NCBI GenBank assembly: GCA_963715635.1
Contig: OY970261.1
Location: 1,994,471-2,058,470, forward strand
Length of the DNA: 64,000 nt
Origin: Candidatus Aminicenantes bacterium
GTDB lineage: Bacteria > Acidobacteriota > Aminicenantia > Aminicenantales > UBA4085
Direction: 5' to 3'
Positions 50,291 through 59,002 of this stretch are shown piece after piece (the first letter of the stretch is position 1; each line of letters starts with the position of its first letter). The position numbers and the translations under genes were made by a program. The notes beneath the pieces are model-generated. The model did no database searches and was not told the origin of the DNA. It saw nothing but the letters and a program-made list of their open reading frames with translations.

Positions 50291-51760
50291 CTAAATGTTA
50301 TATTTATTCAACCAAGTAATGAACTCCGCCCATTTTTTTCGCCAAAACTCTAAAGCTCTCTCTTTTTCCTCGGGTCCCATCGCCGAGTAGATGAGTGAGT
50401 TCATCGCAAGTTGTTTAAGACATTTCAAATCCAATCCCCACGCCATGAAGGCAGCATAGAAATCATAAGAAAACGAGCATTTCCAGATACCCGGATCATC
50501 GGGACAGATGACAACCGGTAAGCCACTGTTGATATAGAGCACAGCGGGGTGGTTGCGAAGATCGGCCACATAACCTAGAACTTGGTTGCTAATCGGGCAG
50601 ACCTCGATGGCGATGCCCCGTTCTTTCACTATTTGCATGAGGAGAGGATGCTTGAAAAGCGCGATACCATGCCCTATCCGCCTGGCATCAAGGAGAATGG
50701 CATCTAAAACATTTTCGTTTTCCGTCCAGTTGCTTTCGCCAGAATGAATGTATAAGGGCAGTGTGATATTGCGCTGCTCTGCCTTATGGCGTGCTTCAAG
50801 AAGTTCATTGATAAAGAATAGATTTGTGTGCTCCTTATCCTCTTCATCGGACAAATCAATACCAATAATGAGATCTGGATTTGCCGCCCGCCCGTCGAGG
50901 GCTTTATTCAAGTTCTCGGCGATTCGCTCCCGGGGGGCGGAGCGGCGAGAGGAGGATATGTATTTGACTTTAAATTCAGGGTTGTCGCGCTGTATCTCTT
51001 CTATGATTTTCTGACCCCCAATATCAGCACGGGTCTCGACATACTGCACGTTTTCTGTGATCATATCTCTAAGCATTTTGCGGCAAAAGCCATCCCAGAT
51101 CTCGTCATCTCCGAGCATACCTAAGGATCTAGCGAAACATTTTCTGAATTCAGCCCAGGTATCTGGCAGACCGAGATCTTCTTCACCGAGCGTTACAGAC
51201 CGGTAAAGCTCTTCATCAAATTCCTCAACATTATCTGCGGCTTTGCGGAGCTCGCTGACGAGGCGCCAACCGTCTCCAGGCGGTTCCGTAGAGATCCTCA
51301 TGGACCCTTTGCGAGGTAGTTCCTCCTTTCCCTGGTAAATATAACAGTTCGGCAGATACGTGGCATGCTTGATCAGCCAGCGGAAATCACCCATGGCAAG
51401 ACCGTGGCCATGAAGAATTCCACCTTTAGGCATGCGCTTTATAATTTCCAGTATGGGAGACTGGTCGATCAATTGTCTTGTTTTGGATTTCAGAAAACTA
51501 TGTGCCGGGGGAAAGTATTCACGAGTTCGTTCTATTTCCTCCTGCTTGAGTAGCATCAGCCGACGGTTCGCCTCCTCCTCTTCGGGCGCAAGCTTGATTC
51601 CGGCATCAATTCTCATCGCCAGCTCGGCCTGAATCAGTCGTTTTCTTACTTTCATATAATCATCGACATCTTTATAACGCTCTTGGACAAAACTATCCTT
51701 CTGTACTAGAAATCCACAAAGGAGAAGCGAACATACAAAAAATATAAGACCGCGTTTCAT
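50291..51760 (-). CDS. secreted ADA2/ADGF (CECR1)-type adenosine deaminase
   Basis: Signal peptide; FPPAHSF, MPKGGILHGH, ENVQYVETR, HSGES, RIGHG, EVCPISNQVL..V.DLRNHP, PDDPG, LKQLAMNS; start 51760 or 51778. Confidence 0.85.
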   Translation of the reverse strand: MKRGLIFFVCSLLLCGFLVQKDSFVQERYKDVDDYMKVRKRLIQAELAMRIDAGIKLAPEEEEANRRLMLLKQEEIERTREYFPPAHSFLKSKTRQLIDQSPILEIIKRMPKGGILHGHGLAMGDFRWLIKHATYLPNCYIYQGKEELPRKGSMRISTEPPGDGWRLVSELRKAADNVEEFDEELYRSVTLGEEDLGLPDTWAEFRKCFARSLGMLGDDEIWDGFCRKMLRDMITENVQYVETRADIGGQKIIEEIQRDNPEFKVKYISSSRRSAPRERIAENLNKALDGRAANPDLIIGIDLSDEEDKEHTNLFFINELLEARHKAEQRNITLPLYIHSGESNWTENENVLDAILLDARRIGHGIALFKHPLLMQIVKERGIAIEVCPISNQVLGYVADLRNHPAVLYINSGLPVVICPDDPGIWKCSFSYDFYAAFMAWGLDLKCLKQLAMNSLIYSAMGPEEKERALEFWRKKWAEFITWLNKYNI

Positions 51761-52042
51761 AATTCTAGCCCCTTTCATTGCACGTCAAATGGATCAAAGA
51801 GAAATTCATGATTAATGAAGATTATATGAATTTACTCTTTTGCGAGGCGCGACCTTCCCTCCCGCTAAGCTCGGGATCGATCCCGCCCCTCACCTAAAAA
51901 TGATAATACTGGCTCCGGATCGGTGTCAACATGCATAACCTAGATTCTCTCCCCAGGTGTGCCCTCCTGGGGACAGGGCGGGGACAAAATGGCTAAAAAT
52001 AGCTCAGTTTTGCTAGCTCATCCTAGAAAAAGCAGAGTGTGC

Positions 52043-52078
52043 CTCTAGCCCCGCCAGCCTCTTCCCGGCATCTTCGAT
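52043..52078 (-). pseudogene. short remnant of the kinase C-terminal tail
   Basis: IEDAGKRLAGLE; DNA CCGCCAGCCTCTTCCCGGCATCTTCGA vs CCGCCAGCCTCTTCCTGGCATCCTCGA in the kinase 3' end. Confidence 0.65.
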
Positions 52079-52119
52079 AGAATTGTCTCTTCCCGCTAAT
52101 TTTTTGCTTTTTTCTTCGG

Positions 52120-52961
52120 CTAATAAAGAACCTTGTCCTCGCCGTTCTGCTTGATCATCTCCGCGATTTCGTCCTGGATCAGTTTCTTGCGGGCGATGAT
52201 GGATTCGATTTCCTTGTCGGTCAGATAAGGTCCGACGGCCTGTTTGATACTGGCGAAATCCAGGGCCTTGATTTTATCGAGGAGAACCCGGGGAACCCGT
52301 CGGATGAGGAAAGGCTTGCCGTCGGCTTGAGCCTTTTTTATTCCCTTTATGCCGAGCACGAGTCTCTCGGTATATTCCTTATCCGAGCGGAAGGCGCGAG
52401 AATGGTCGATGAGAATCGTCCGCCAGTCTTCGGTATACCTAGTATTCTGCTGCGTCGGGTCATCGTTGGCGATCAAGCAACACCAGAGCCGGTAGACGTA
52501 TTTCATGTCCTCTGTCTGTTTCCAGGCCGATTCTGGGATTTTGATGCCCTGGTCCATGATTTCCAGGGCGTTCCATTTACTGTCTGCCCATAGAGAAAGG
52601 GCGCCCGTTTTTTTCGAAATTCTCTTTCGACAGTAGGGGGAACCATATTCAAGCCGATGAGCTTGTCAAGACGGTAAGCGGCAATTTCATATCTCCAGCT
52701 GTCCATCACGCCGCCGCCCAAATCCTCGTCAACATTTTTCCAGGCCGCCTTCTTCTCGATGCCTTCTTTTTTCAGATAAAGCTTCCAGGGTTTGGTCACG
52801 CCTTCGGGTATCCGTTCGAACCTGACAATCTCGGCCGTTTTTAAGAATTCCTCCCATTGCTCACGCTGGGCGATCTCCTGGGGCGTAAACTGGCCGCGGA
52901 CCAGAAGGCCCGCCGAAAGATACAAGAGAAAAAGATTAATGATCCATAACCTTTTTTTCAT
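52120..52961 (-). pseudogene. exported atypical kinase-fold protein (Fam20/PI3-PI4K-like), split by a -1 frameshift at an A7 run
   Basis: ORFs 52503-52961 and 52120-52557 join across T7 at 52608-52614 to give ...VEREFRKK-T-GALSLWADSKW...; motifs GVTKP, AAWK, EIAAYRLDKLIGLNMVPPTVER, LIANDD, LIDHSRAF. Confidence 0.7.
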
Positions 52962-52993
52962 GGCCCTTTCTCCCAATTCTGCCGCTTGGCGAA

Positions 52994-53022
52994 AGGATAG
53001 CACCGAAGAAGCGGTGAGTCAT
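52994..53022 (-). promoter_or_regulatory. sigma70-like promoter of the kinase-gene type
   Basis: ATGACT-17-(TGC)TATCCT-TTCGCCAAG, matching TTGACT-17-(TGT)TATCCT-TTTGCCAAG upstream of kinase 56598. Confidence 0.6.
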
Positions 53023-53071
53023 ATCGGCGCCGTGTCTATTTTTTCATCTCTCATTAAATTGTGACCATCCC

Positions 53072-53168
53072 CGGTATACTTCCACGTACTTTGGTATACT
53101 TCTGTATACCTGCAGATAATCTGTAACTTGCTGGATAGATTGACTATTACTTTGTTATCAAGAGGTTA
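53072..53168. mobile_element. att-arm-like region (GTATAC repeats, IHF-consensus site) abutting the tRNA fragment
   Basis: GGTATACTT x2, CGTACTT, TGTATACCT; TATCAAGAGGTTA (53156-53168) = WATCAANNNNTTR. Confidence 0.55.
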
Positions 53169-53186
53169 AGAGAAATGCTCGGTTTA

Positions 53187-53480
53187 GATCCGGAGTCCGT
53201 CGCTCTATCCGCTGAGCTACAGGCGCCTCTTGTTCATTTTCAATGAGTCACGTACGGGCTCTTGTGAGCCGAATCCGGAATTGTGACCAAATTGTGCCTT
53301 TCTATTTTATTGTTATGACAATTTGAATTCAATCCATTCTTTTATGAATTTTCCTATCACCTGTCACAATTTGGACACACGACTCCAAGGCTCAGTAAAT
53401 ATGAAAGTTATAACTCAATGAAATTGAATGGATTATATATGGACAACAGTCAAAAGCTCAACGGACAGGAAATCCGATGA
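53187..53480 (-). repeat. direct repeat copy 2: tRNA-Arg 5'-half fragment (53187-53226) + upstream region
   Basis: 40 nt identical to tRNA nt 1-40, ending 2 nt past the anticodon loop; the following ~250 bp is a diverged copy of 49873-50132. Confidence 0.9.
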
Positions 53481-53493
53481 CTGGCTCCTTCTA

Positions 53494-56400
53494 TTACTTC
53501 AGCGCCGCCAGCCTCTTCCTGGCATCCTCGACTTCGGGAAGGCCGGAGTCGGCGTCTTTCCAGAGCGCTAAAAACTTTTCGTAATTCCGCTGCGCCGCCG
53601 CTTTGTCGCCCTGCTTCTCGGCGATTATCCCCAGTTGATAGAAGCTTCGGGCATAGATATCACCGAAATTCATCCGCCCTGATGTCAAGGAAACGATCGC
53701 CGAGAAGGTTTTCCGGGCGTTATCCAAATCCTCGGTCAGAAGATAGGCGGTTCCCAAGGGCTCGAAATAGATCGCGTCCATTGAGCCGCTTGCCTGAGCA
53801 GTTTGGGAGGACAAGGCCTTCCTGAAATATTCGATGGCCCGGCCATAGTCCTTTTTCCCGAGATCGATTCGGCCCTGAAGATTGTCATAAAAGGCCATGG
53901 CAGGCTTATTGAGCCCCTTCGTGATGAAATCCCTGAGCTCATCCGCGGTCTTTTGCGCCTGGCCAAGGGAATTCATTTTGACCTGGGCAAGCCCTTTCTG
54001 CAGCAGGGCCCTCCTCTGCCAGCCGAGGTCGTCGGCCTGGACGGCCTTGTCCCACATCCGCTCATACAGTTTCAGCGCTTCCCCCGGAGATCCGGTCAGA
54101 TCAAATAGATAGCCCAGATTGTATAGGAAGGTGCATTGGAGCGGCAATTCGCCAGCCTGTTCAGCCAGCTCAAGCCCACGCCGGGATTCCTCTTGGGCCT
54201 TCCCAAATTTCCCCTCGGCTAAATAAAGGGAGTGAAGCCTACCTATGCCCTGGGCTTTCTGCGCACCCTGAGTGCCTTCGAGGGATTTCCGGAACGTGGT
54301 CTCTGCTTCCCGGAACTCCCCCTCCAGCAGGTCGATATTCCCCATAAGACGGAGGGTCCCGTAGTCCGAAGGCGCGACGGAACGGGCCTTCTCGGCCTCG
54401 GCCCGGGCCAGGTCAAATCGGCCCTCATAAAGATAAGTCCAGGCGACTTCACGGCGGAGGCTCAAGGAGTCCGAGTGCTCCCTGGCGTAATCCTCGAGCA
54501 GTTTCCGGGCCTTCTCATACATGCCCTTGGCCTGGTAAGTGCGGGCCAGATTCCAGGTCGGGAGAAAGCCGGCATCCTTCTGCCCAGCGAATTTTTCGTA
54601 AACCGCTTGGGCCTTGTCGCGTTCTGCAATCATATCATAAGCTGTGCCAAGATTGTTGCCTGCTATGCCGTCGTCGGGATAGAGCTTCAGCGATTTTCCG
54701 TAGGCCTCGATCGCTTTTTCTGCCGTCCTCTCGGAGAGCCGGTAGAAGTCCCCTTCGATCGTATATCTCTCTCTTTCCGAGGCCCGTTCGCGCAAATCCA
54801 TGGCTTTCTGGAGATAAGCATTGCCTTTGATCATGATGCCGAGGTTCCTGTAGGCTTGTGCCATGCTCCGGTAAGCCATGGCAAAGCCGGGGTCGATGGC
54901 CACGGCCTTCTCCATGACGGCAACGCTTTGGGAGTAATCCCCCCTCTGGTGATATTCCCGGCCCTGGGTATAGAGGATGAAGGCCTCGGGCGAGCTGGTC
55001 GTGATCTCGGCCACCTTCCTGCCGACGTCCGAAGCGATCTGCTCCGAAGTCAGCCTGAAATCGGCCTTGATCTTCCGCGTCAGTTCGTCCACGGCCTCGA
55101 ACATTCCCTGGTCGCCCTGGGCTTCTACCCTGTTTGTGCCGAGTATTTCGCCGGTCTTGGGGTTTTCGAGGACGGCGTTGATGCGGATGGTGTTGCCGGC
55201 CTTGGCGAAGCTTCCCCGGAGGATATTCTCGACGCCTCCCGCCTCGGCGACCTTTTTCAGATCGTCGGAGGAGTAGCTCTTGGCATCGAGGAGGTTTTCG
55301 CTCCGGAGGATGCTATAGAGCCGGTCGCCTCCCATAACAGTGAGGTATTTGGACTGGCCGATATCGGTCGTGATCAGCTCGGCCAGGGCCTTCCGCCAAT
55401 GGTCCAGGCCGGGATCGCCGGTGTTGTTCTCGAAATACATGACGCCCAGGGAGGGCTTGCCCGACGGGGGCGGCGCGATGGAGGGCTTCTTGAGGACGAC
55501 GAGCCAGAGGACGAGGGCTGCGGCCACGACCAGAGCGCCCGAGATGACCGGCACGGCGACCTTCTTGACGTCGAAAGAGACCGTGACCTGCTTGGAGGTG
55601 TGTGGCCGGTGTCTTGGCACGACCCGCTCGGTCGTCGGCAAGGACTGCTCGATCCGGGCTAGCTCGTCGATGAGCTCGCCGGCGCTCTGGAACCGCTTCT
55701 CTTTTTCCTTCTCGAGCGAGCGCAGGGTGAGGCGCGCCAGGTCCTCAGGGAGCGCAGGATTGAGTTCGCGCGGGTCGCGCGGCTTCTCGCTCTTGTGCTT
55801 GACCCCGATCGTGAACGGCGTATCGCCCTCGAACGGGACGCGCCCGGTCGTCATCTCGTAGAGGATGATCCCCAGGGAATAGATGTCCGAGCGCGCGTCA
55901 ACCGCTTTCCCTTCGACCTGCTCGGGGCTCATGTATTCCGGCGTCCCGATCATGATCCCGGCCCCGGTGATGCCCTTTTTCTCGAGCGAACGGGCGATGC
56001 CGAAGTCCATGATCCGGACGTTGCCGCCCTCGTCGACCATGATGTTCTGCGGCTTGAGGTCGCGGTGGACGATGCCGTGGGTATGGGCCTCGGCCAGCCC
56101 CTCGGCGATCTGGCGGGCGATCGAGACCGTCCGGCCCGCCGGCATCTGGCCGATCTTGCGGATGAGACGCTTGAGGTCCTCCCCGGGAACGTACTCCATG
56201 GTGATGTACGGCGCCCCCTCGGCCCGGCCGATGTCGAACATCCGGCAGACGTTCTTATGGGCGACTTGCCGCGCCGACTTGAGCTCGTTTCGGAAACGCT
56301 CGACCGTATCGGCGTCGGCGGCGACCTCGGGCCGGAGGAGCTTCAGAGCAACCTTCTCGTTGAGCTCGGTGTCGTGGACCTTGTAGACGCGGCCCATGCC

Positions 56401-56598
56401 GCCCCGGCCGAGCTCCTCGATGACCTGGTAGCGGCCGGCAAAGGTGGAACCCGTTGTTAGCTCTTTAATCGGCGTTTGAAGAGTTTCGGTGACCTCGGGA
56501 TGGATATTTCTGGAAGAGGGAAGCTGAGTGCCGCAATCTCCGCAGAATTGTTTGGTCTCTGGATTCTCAGCCTTACATTTCGGGCACTTGATGGTCAC
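53494..56598 (-). CDS. membrane Ser/Thr protein kinase: zinc ribbon + kinase + TM + TolB-N/FlgO-like + TPR
   Basis: CPKC..CGDCG; LGRGGMGRV, VALK, HRDLKPQN, DFG, GTPEYMSPEQ; TM; VMYFENNTGD; TPRs; [23 protein letters not shown]. Confidence 0.93.
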   Translation of the reverse strand: MTIKCPKCKAENPETKQFCGDCGTQLPSSRNIHPEVTETLQTPIKELTTGSTFAGRYQVIEELGRGGMGRVYKVHDTELNEKVALKLLRPEVAADADTVERFRNELKSARQVAHKNVCRMFDIGRAEGAPYITMEYVPGEDLKRLIRKIGQMPAGRTVSIARQIAEGLAEAHTHGIVHRDLKPQNIMVDEGGNVRIMDFGIARSLEKKGITGAGIMIGTPEYMSPEQVEGKAVDARSDIYSLGIILYEMTTGRVPFEGDTPFTIGVKHKSEKPRDPRELNPALPEDLARLTLRSLEKEKEKRFQSAGELIDELARIEQSLPTTERVVPRHRPHTSKQVTVSFDVKKVAVPVISGALVVAAALVLWLVVLKKPSIAPPPSGKPSLGVMYFENNTGDPGLDHWRKALAELITTDIGQSKYLTVMGGDRLYSILRSENLLDAKSYSSDDLKKVAEAGGVENILRGSFAKAGNTIRINAVLENPKTGEILGTNRVEAQGDQGMFEAVDELTRKIKADFRLTSEQIASDVGRKVAEITTSSPEAFILYTQGREYHQRGDYSQSVAVMEKAVAIDPGFAMAYRSMAQAYRNLGIMIKGNAYLQKAMDLRERASERERYTIEGDFYRLSERTAEKAIEAYGKSLKLYPDDGIAGNNLGTAYDMIAERDKAQAVYEKFAGQKDAGFLPTWNLARTYQAKGMYEKARKLLEDYAREHSDSLSLRREVAWTYLYEGRFDLARAEAEKARSVAPSDYGTLRLMGNIDLLEGEFREAETTFRKSLEGTQGAQKAQGIGRLHSLYLAEGKFGKAQEESRRGLELAEQAGELPLQCTFLYNLGYLFDLTGSPGEALKLYERMWDKAVQADDLGWQRRALLQKGLAQVKMNSLGQAQKTADELRDFITKGLNKPAMAFYDNLQGRIDLGKKDYGRAIEYFRKALSSQTAQASGSMDAIYFEPLGTAYLLTEDLDNARKTFSAIVSLTSGRMNFGDIYARSFYQLGIIAEKQGDKAAAQRNYEKFLALWKDADSGLPEVEDARKRLAALK

Positions 56599-56625
56599 TG
56601 GTAACCCCTCTGGTTTCTTGGCAAA

Positions 56626-56654
56626 AGGATAACAACAAACGAGAGAAGAGTCAA
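56626..56654 (-). promoter_or_regulatory. sigma70-like promoter of kinase gene
   Basis: TTGACT-17 bp-TATCCT with TG extension. Confidence 0.6.
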
Positions 56655-56702
56655 ATCAGAACGGCTTACGCTTCGGTTTGGCGCAGCCTATAAGAGTTGG
56701 GG

Positions 56703-56873
56703 CTATCTTAGCCCAGCCAGCCTCTTCCTGGCATCCTCGACTTCGGGCAGGCCGGGATCGGCGTCCTTCCAGAGGTCGAGAAATTTCTTATAGCGGTCTA
56801 TGACTTTGCCCTTGTTGCCTTACTCTCCGAATCTTTCGCCAAGTTAGCAAAAGGCTTTGGTGTATACGTCGCT
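56703..56873 (-). pseudogene. 57-codon remnant of the kinase C-terminal tail
   Basis: [54 protein letters not shown]. Confidence 0.85.
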
Positions 56874-57100
56874 AATATTAGGTCAACTCGAACCTGCTCT
56901 TTACCCACCCCAAACTTCTTCCCATTTATCTCGAAAACAATGTCTTCAGTGAACATAGCATCTATTGCATCTAGGTCGTGGCGATTAGCCGCATCCACGT
57001 AAGTCTTGACCCGACTCAGAAGATTCTCCCTTTGGCATCCGATGAAAGTGGCAAGCAGGATTACGACAGCCAATCCCATCTTTAAAACTCTTTCAACCAT
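56798..57100 (-). pseudogene. truncated SnoaL/NTF2-like lipoprotein fused out of frame to the kinase tail
   Basis: AAGGAGG RBS; lipobox FIGC; VKTYVDAANRHDLDAIDAMFTEDIVF..GKEQVR, then sequence switches to the kinase-tail DNA near 56873. Confidence 0.65.
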
Positions 57101-57615
57101 TTTGACCTCCTTCTTTGTAAAGGGACGAAGGATCGAGCCAAGTCGCCTCAATCCAAAGCTATGTGCTGAATAGAACCTTTCCCTCTCTCCTCACTGTTTT
57201 TATGATCTTATTTATGAATCGTATGATGATGTCAAGAAGCCGTATCATTAACGAGAAATCTGTTGTCATAATTCACTCCTAGGCGGATAATCTAACCAAT
57301 TTCGAGTTCGATATCCTCCTTATTTTACCACCCGGACAGTAAGACTTCCAAGATCCATTGCCCCAGGCGCTGGCGGATCGACGTTAATAGCCATCGAAAA
57401 ACGCACCTTTAGGCACACTGAAGATTCTTCCCTCGCTTTAAATCCGCCCTCTTCTTTCCCCCCTCTCCGATTTGCCCTTGATGTTGATTGTCGTCGTGAT
57501 CGCGGAAAGAAATACGGAAGAAATAAAAAATAAGGAAATGGCTGCTAGTCGCCCGCTAATCACCAGGGAGAATCCGACGTTCCGTGCTCGGATGCCCAGT
57601 TCCCTTAGAAATTTC

Positions 57616-58716
57616 TCAGTAATAGCCCGCCTTTTGGAGTGCCTCCAAAGACTTGAACGGTTTGGGAGGATTCAGGTAACGGGCCAGGAAATTATAAATT
57701 TTCAGCCGGATTATTTTTGCGTTCATGATGTCGAGCCGGTCGAAGGAGTGGCCTCCGGGCGCATCCTTGAAGATTTCATATTCGAACTTTTTGCCCGCCG
57801 CTTTCAAAGCTTGAATGAGATGCTCCACCTCGAGCACATTGACGTCCTCGTCGTTGGTGTTTGTGTGAATAAGAAGCGGCGTCCGAAGCTTGTCAACATG
57901 GGATACAGGCGAGCGGCGGAGGTACTCTTTGACATCCTCTTCCGCCGTCTTGCCGATACTGTATTTGGCCTCAAACTCGTCCCGGTACTCCTGATCTTTG
58001 TATCCCATCCGCGCGACAAGGTCGCTGACCGGCACGCCGGCAAAAGCTACTCTGTATCCTTCGGGATGGTCGAAAACGTTCATCAGGGCGATGAGTCCCC
58101 CGTGGCTCCAGCCGATAATGCCAACTCTGTCTTTGTCCACGATATCATAATTTTCTACCACGAAATTGCGGCTGGCATAGACATCCTCGTTCTCCAACCC
58201 GCCGTAATCGACGAGTTTGTACATCCCGCTTCCATAGCCGGTGCTCCCCCGGTATTCTGGCGCTACGACCACATACCCCTGGGCGACCATCTCTCGGATG
58301 ATGTGCGTGTGGTAGGCGTCAAAATCGGCGTGAGACCCTCCGTGGGGCAGGACGAGGAGGGGATATTTTTTCGACCGGTCTACGTCCCTCGGGATAAAGA
58401 CATAGGTATAAAATTTAATGGGATTTCCTGCGCCCTGCGCCGTGGGATTCGGTTCCTTCCAGCGGGGCGGTCCGACGATGCGGACTTTGTCCACATAAGC
58501 CACGTCGCCAACTCTCTCAAACCAGGTCACATCATCGACGGCCTTCTCCAGCACGTCCAGCCGGTGATTGAGCGCTTCGAATTGCTGGCGCAGATAGCGC
58601 AGCTCGGCGCTCTCGGCTTGTGAAGAGACCTGAGCGAGCACCGGGGAGAGAGGAACAAATCCCAGGGCGGCCATGACGATCGCGGCTGAAAATATTTTTT
58701 CATAAAATTTCTTCAT
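57616..58716 (-). CDS. secreted S9 (prolyl oligopeptidase-like) peptidase, catalytic domain only
   Basis: AAGGAGG RBS; signal peptide; PLLVLPHGG, PEYRGSTGYG, GWSHGG, NDEDV, GGHSF. Confidence 0.88.
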   Translation of the reverse strand: MKKFYEKIFSAAIVMAALGFVPLSPVLAQVSSQAESAELRYLRQQFEALNHRLDVLEKAVDDVTWFERVGDVAYVDKVRIVGPPRWKEPNPTAQGAGNPIKFYTYVFIPRDVDRSKKYPLLVLPHGGSHADFDAYHTHIIREMVAQGYVVVAPEYRGSTGYGSGMYKLVDYGGLENEDVYASRNFVVENYDIVDKDRVGIIGWSHGGLIALMNVFDHPEGYRVAFAGVPVSDLVARMGYKDQEYRDEFEAKYSIGKTAEEDVKEYLRRSPVSHVDKLRTPLLIHTNTNDEDVNVLEVEHLIQALKAAGKKFEYEIFKDAPGGHSFDRLDIMNAKIIRLKIYNFLARYLNPPKPFKSLEALQKAGYY

Positions 58717-58810
58717 CCGAGCACCTCCTTTAGGGATAGAAATACTCTTTTTCCCTCCGCAGGGGAATTCTTTCTTTTGTATTTAAAATCCATGTTTCCC
58801 ATCGCGCAAA

Positions 58811-58840
58811 AATATATCGCCGGCTGGCGAGGAATGTCAA
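58811..58840 (-). promoter_or_regulatory. sigma70-like promoter of the S9 peptidase gene
   Basis: TTGACA-18 bp-TATATT. Confidence 0.45.
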
Positions 58841-58888
58841 TCGCTTGAACTCCTTGTCAATAGAAATCGTTCCTTAGGAATTAGAAAT

Positions 58889-59002
58889 TTAAAATTGTTC
58901 GACGCTCTCCTCGGCCGCCGCAAGGGCGACCTGCTTGAAGACAAGGGACGGCATAGGTCTCTCCGCAACAAAGGTCAGCTTCAGGTGCTCGATGATCCGG
59001 TC
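58889..59002 (-). mobile_element. putative C-terminal remnant of an IS91-family transposase
   Basis: DRIIEHLKLTFVAERPMPSLVFKQVALAAAEESVEQF*; RIIxHLxL...P-x-P pattern resembles IS91/Y2 transposase C-termini (recognition from memory). Confidence 0.5.

Noticed and set aside
53187-53226. Second tRNA-Arg gene or split tRNA
   Set aside because: Only nt 1-40 present; no T-arm or acceptor 3' half nearby; better explained as an att/duplication scar
57200-57615. Intergenic stretch with a hydrophobic signal-like frame (AISLFFISSVFLSA)
   Set aside because: Short, no clear start/RBS, stops soon after; cannot assign
54232-58623. Long + strand ORFs (54232-55662, 55795-56460, 57472-58623)
   Set aside because: Antisense shadows of the kinase and S9 peptidase genes
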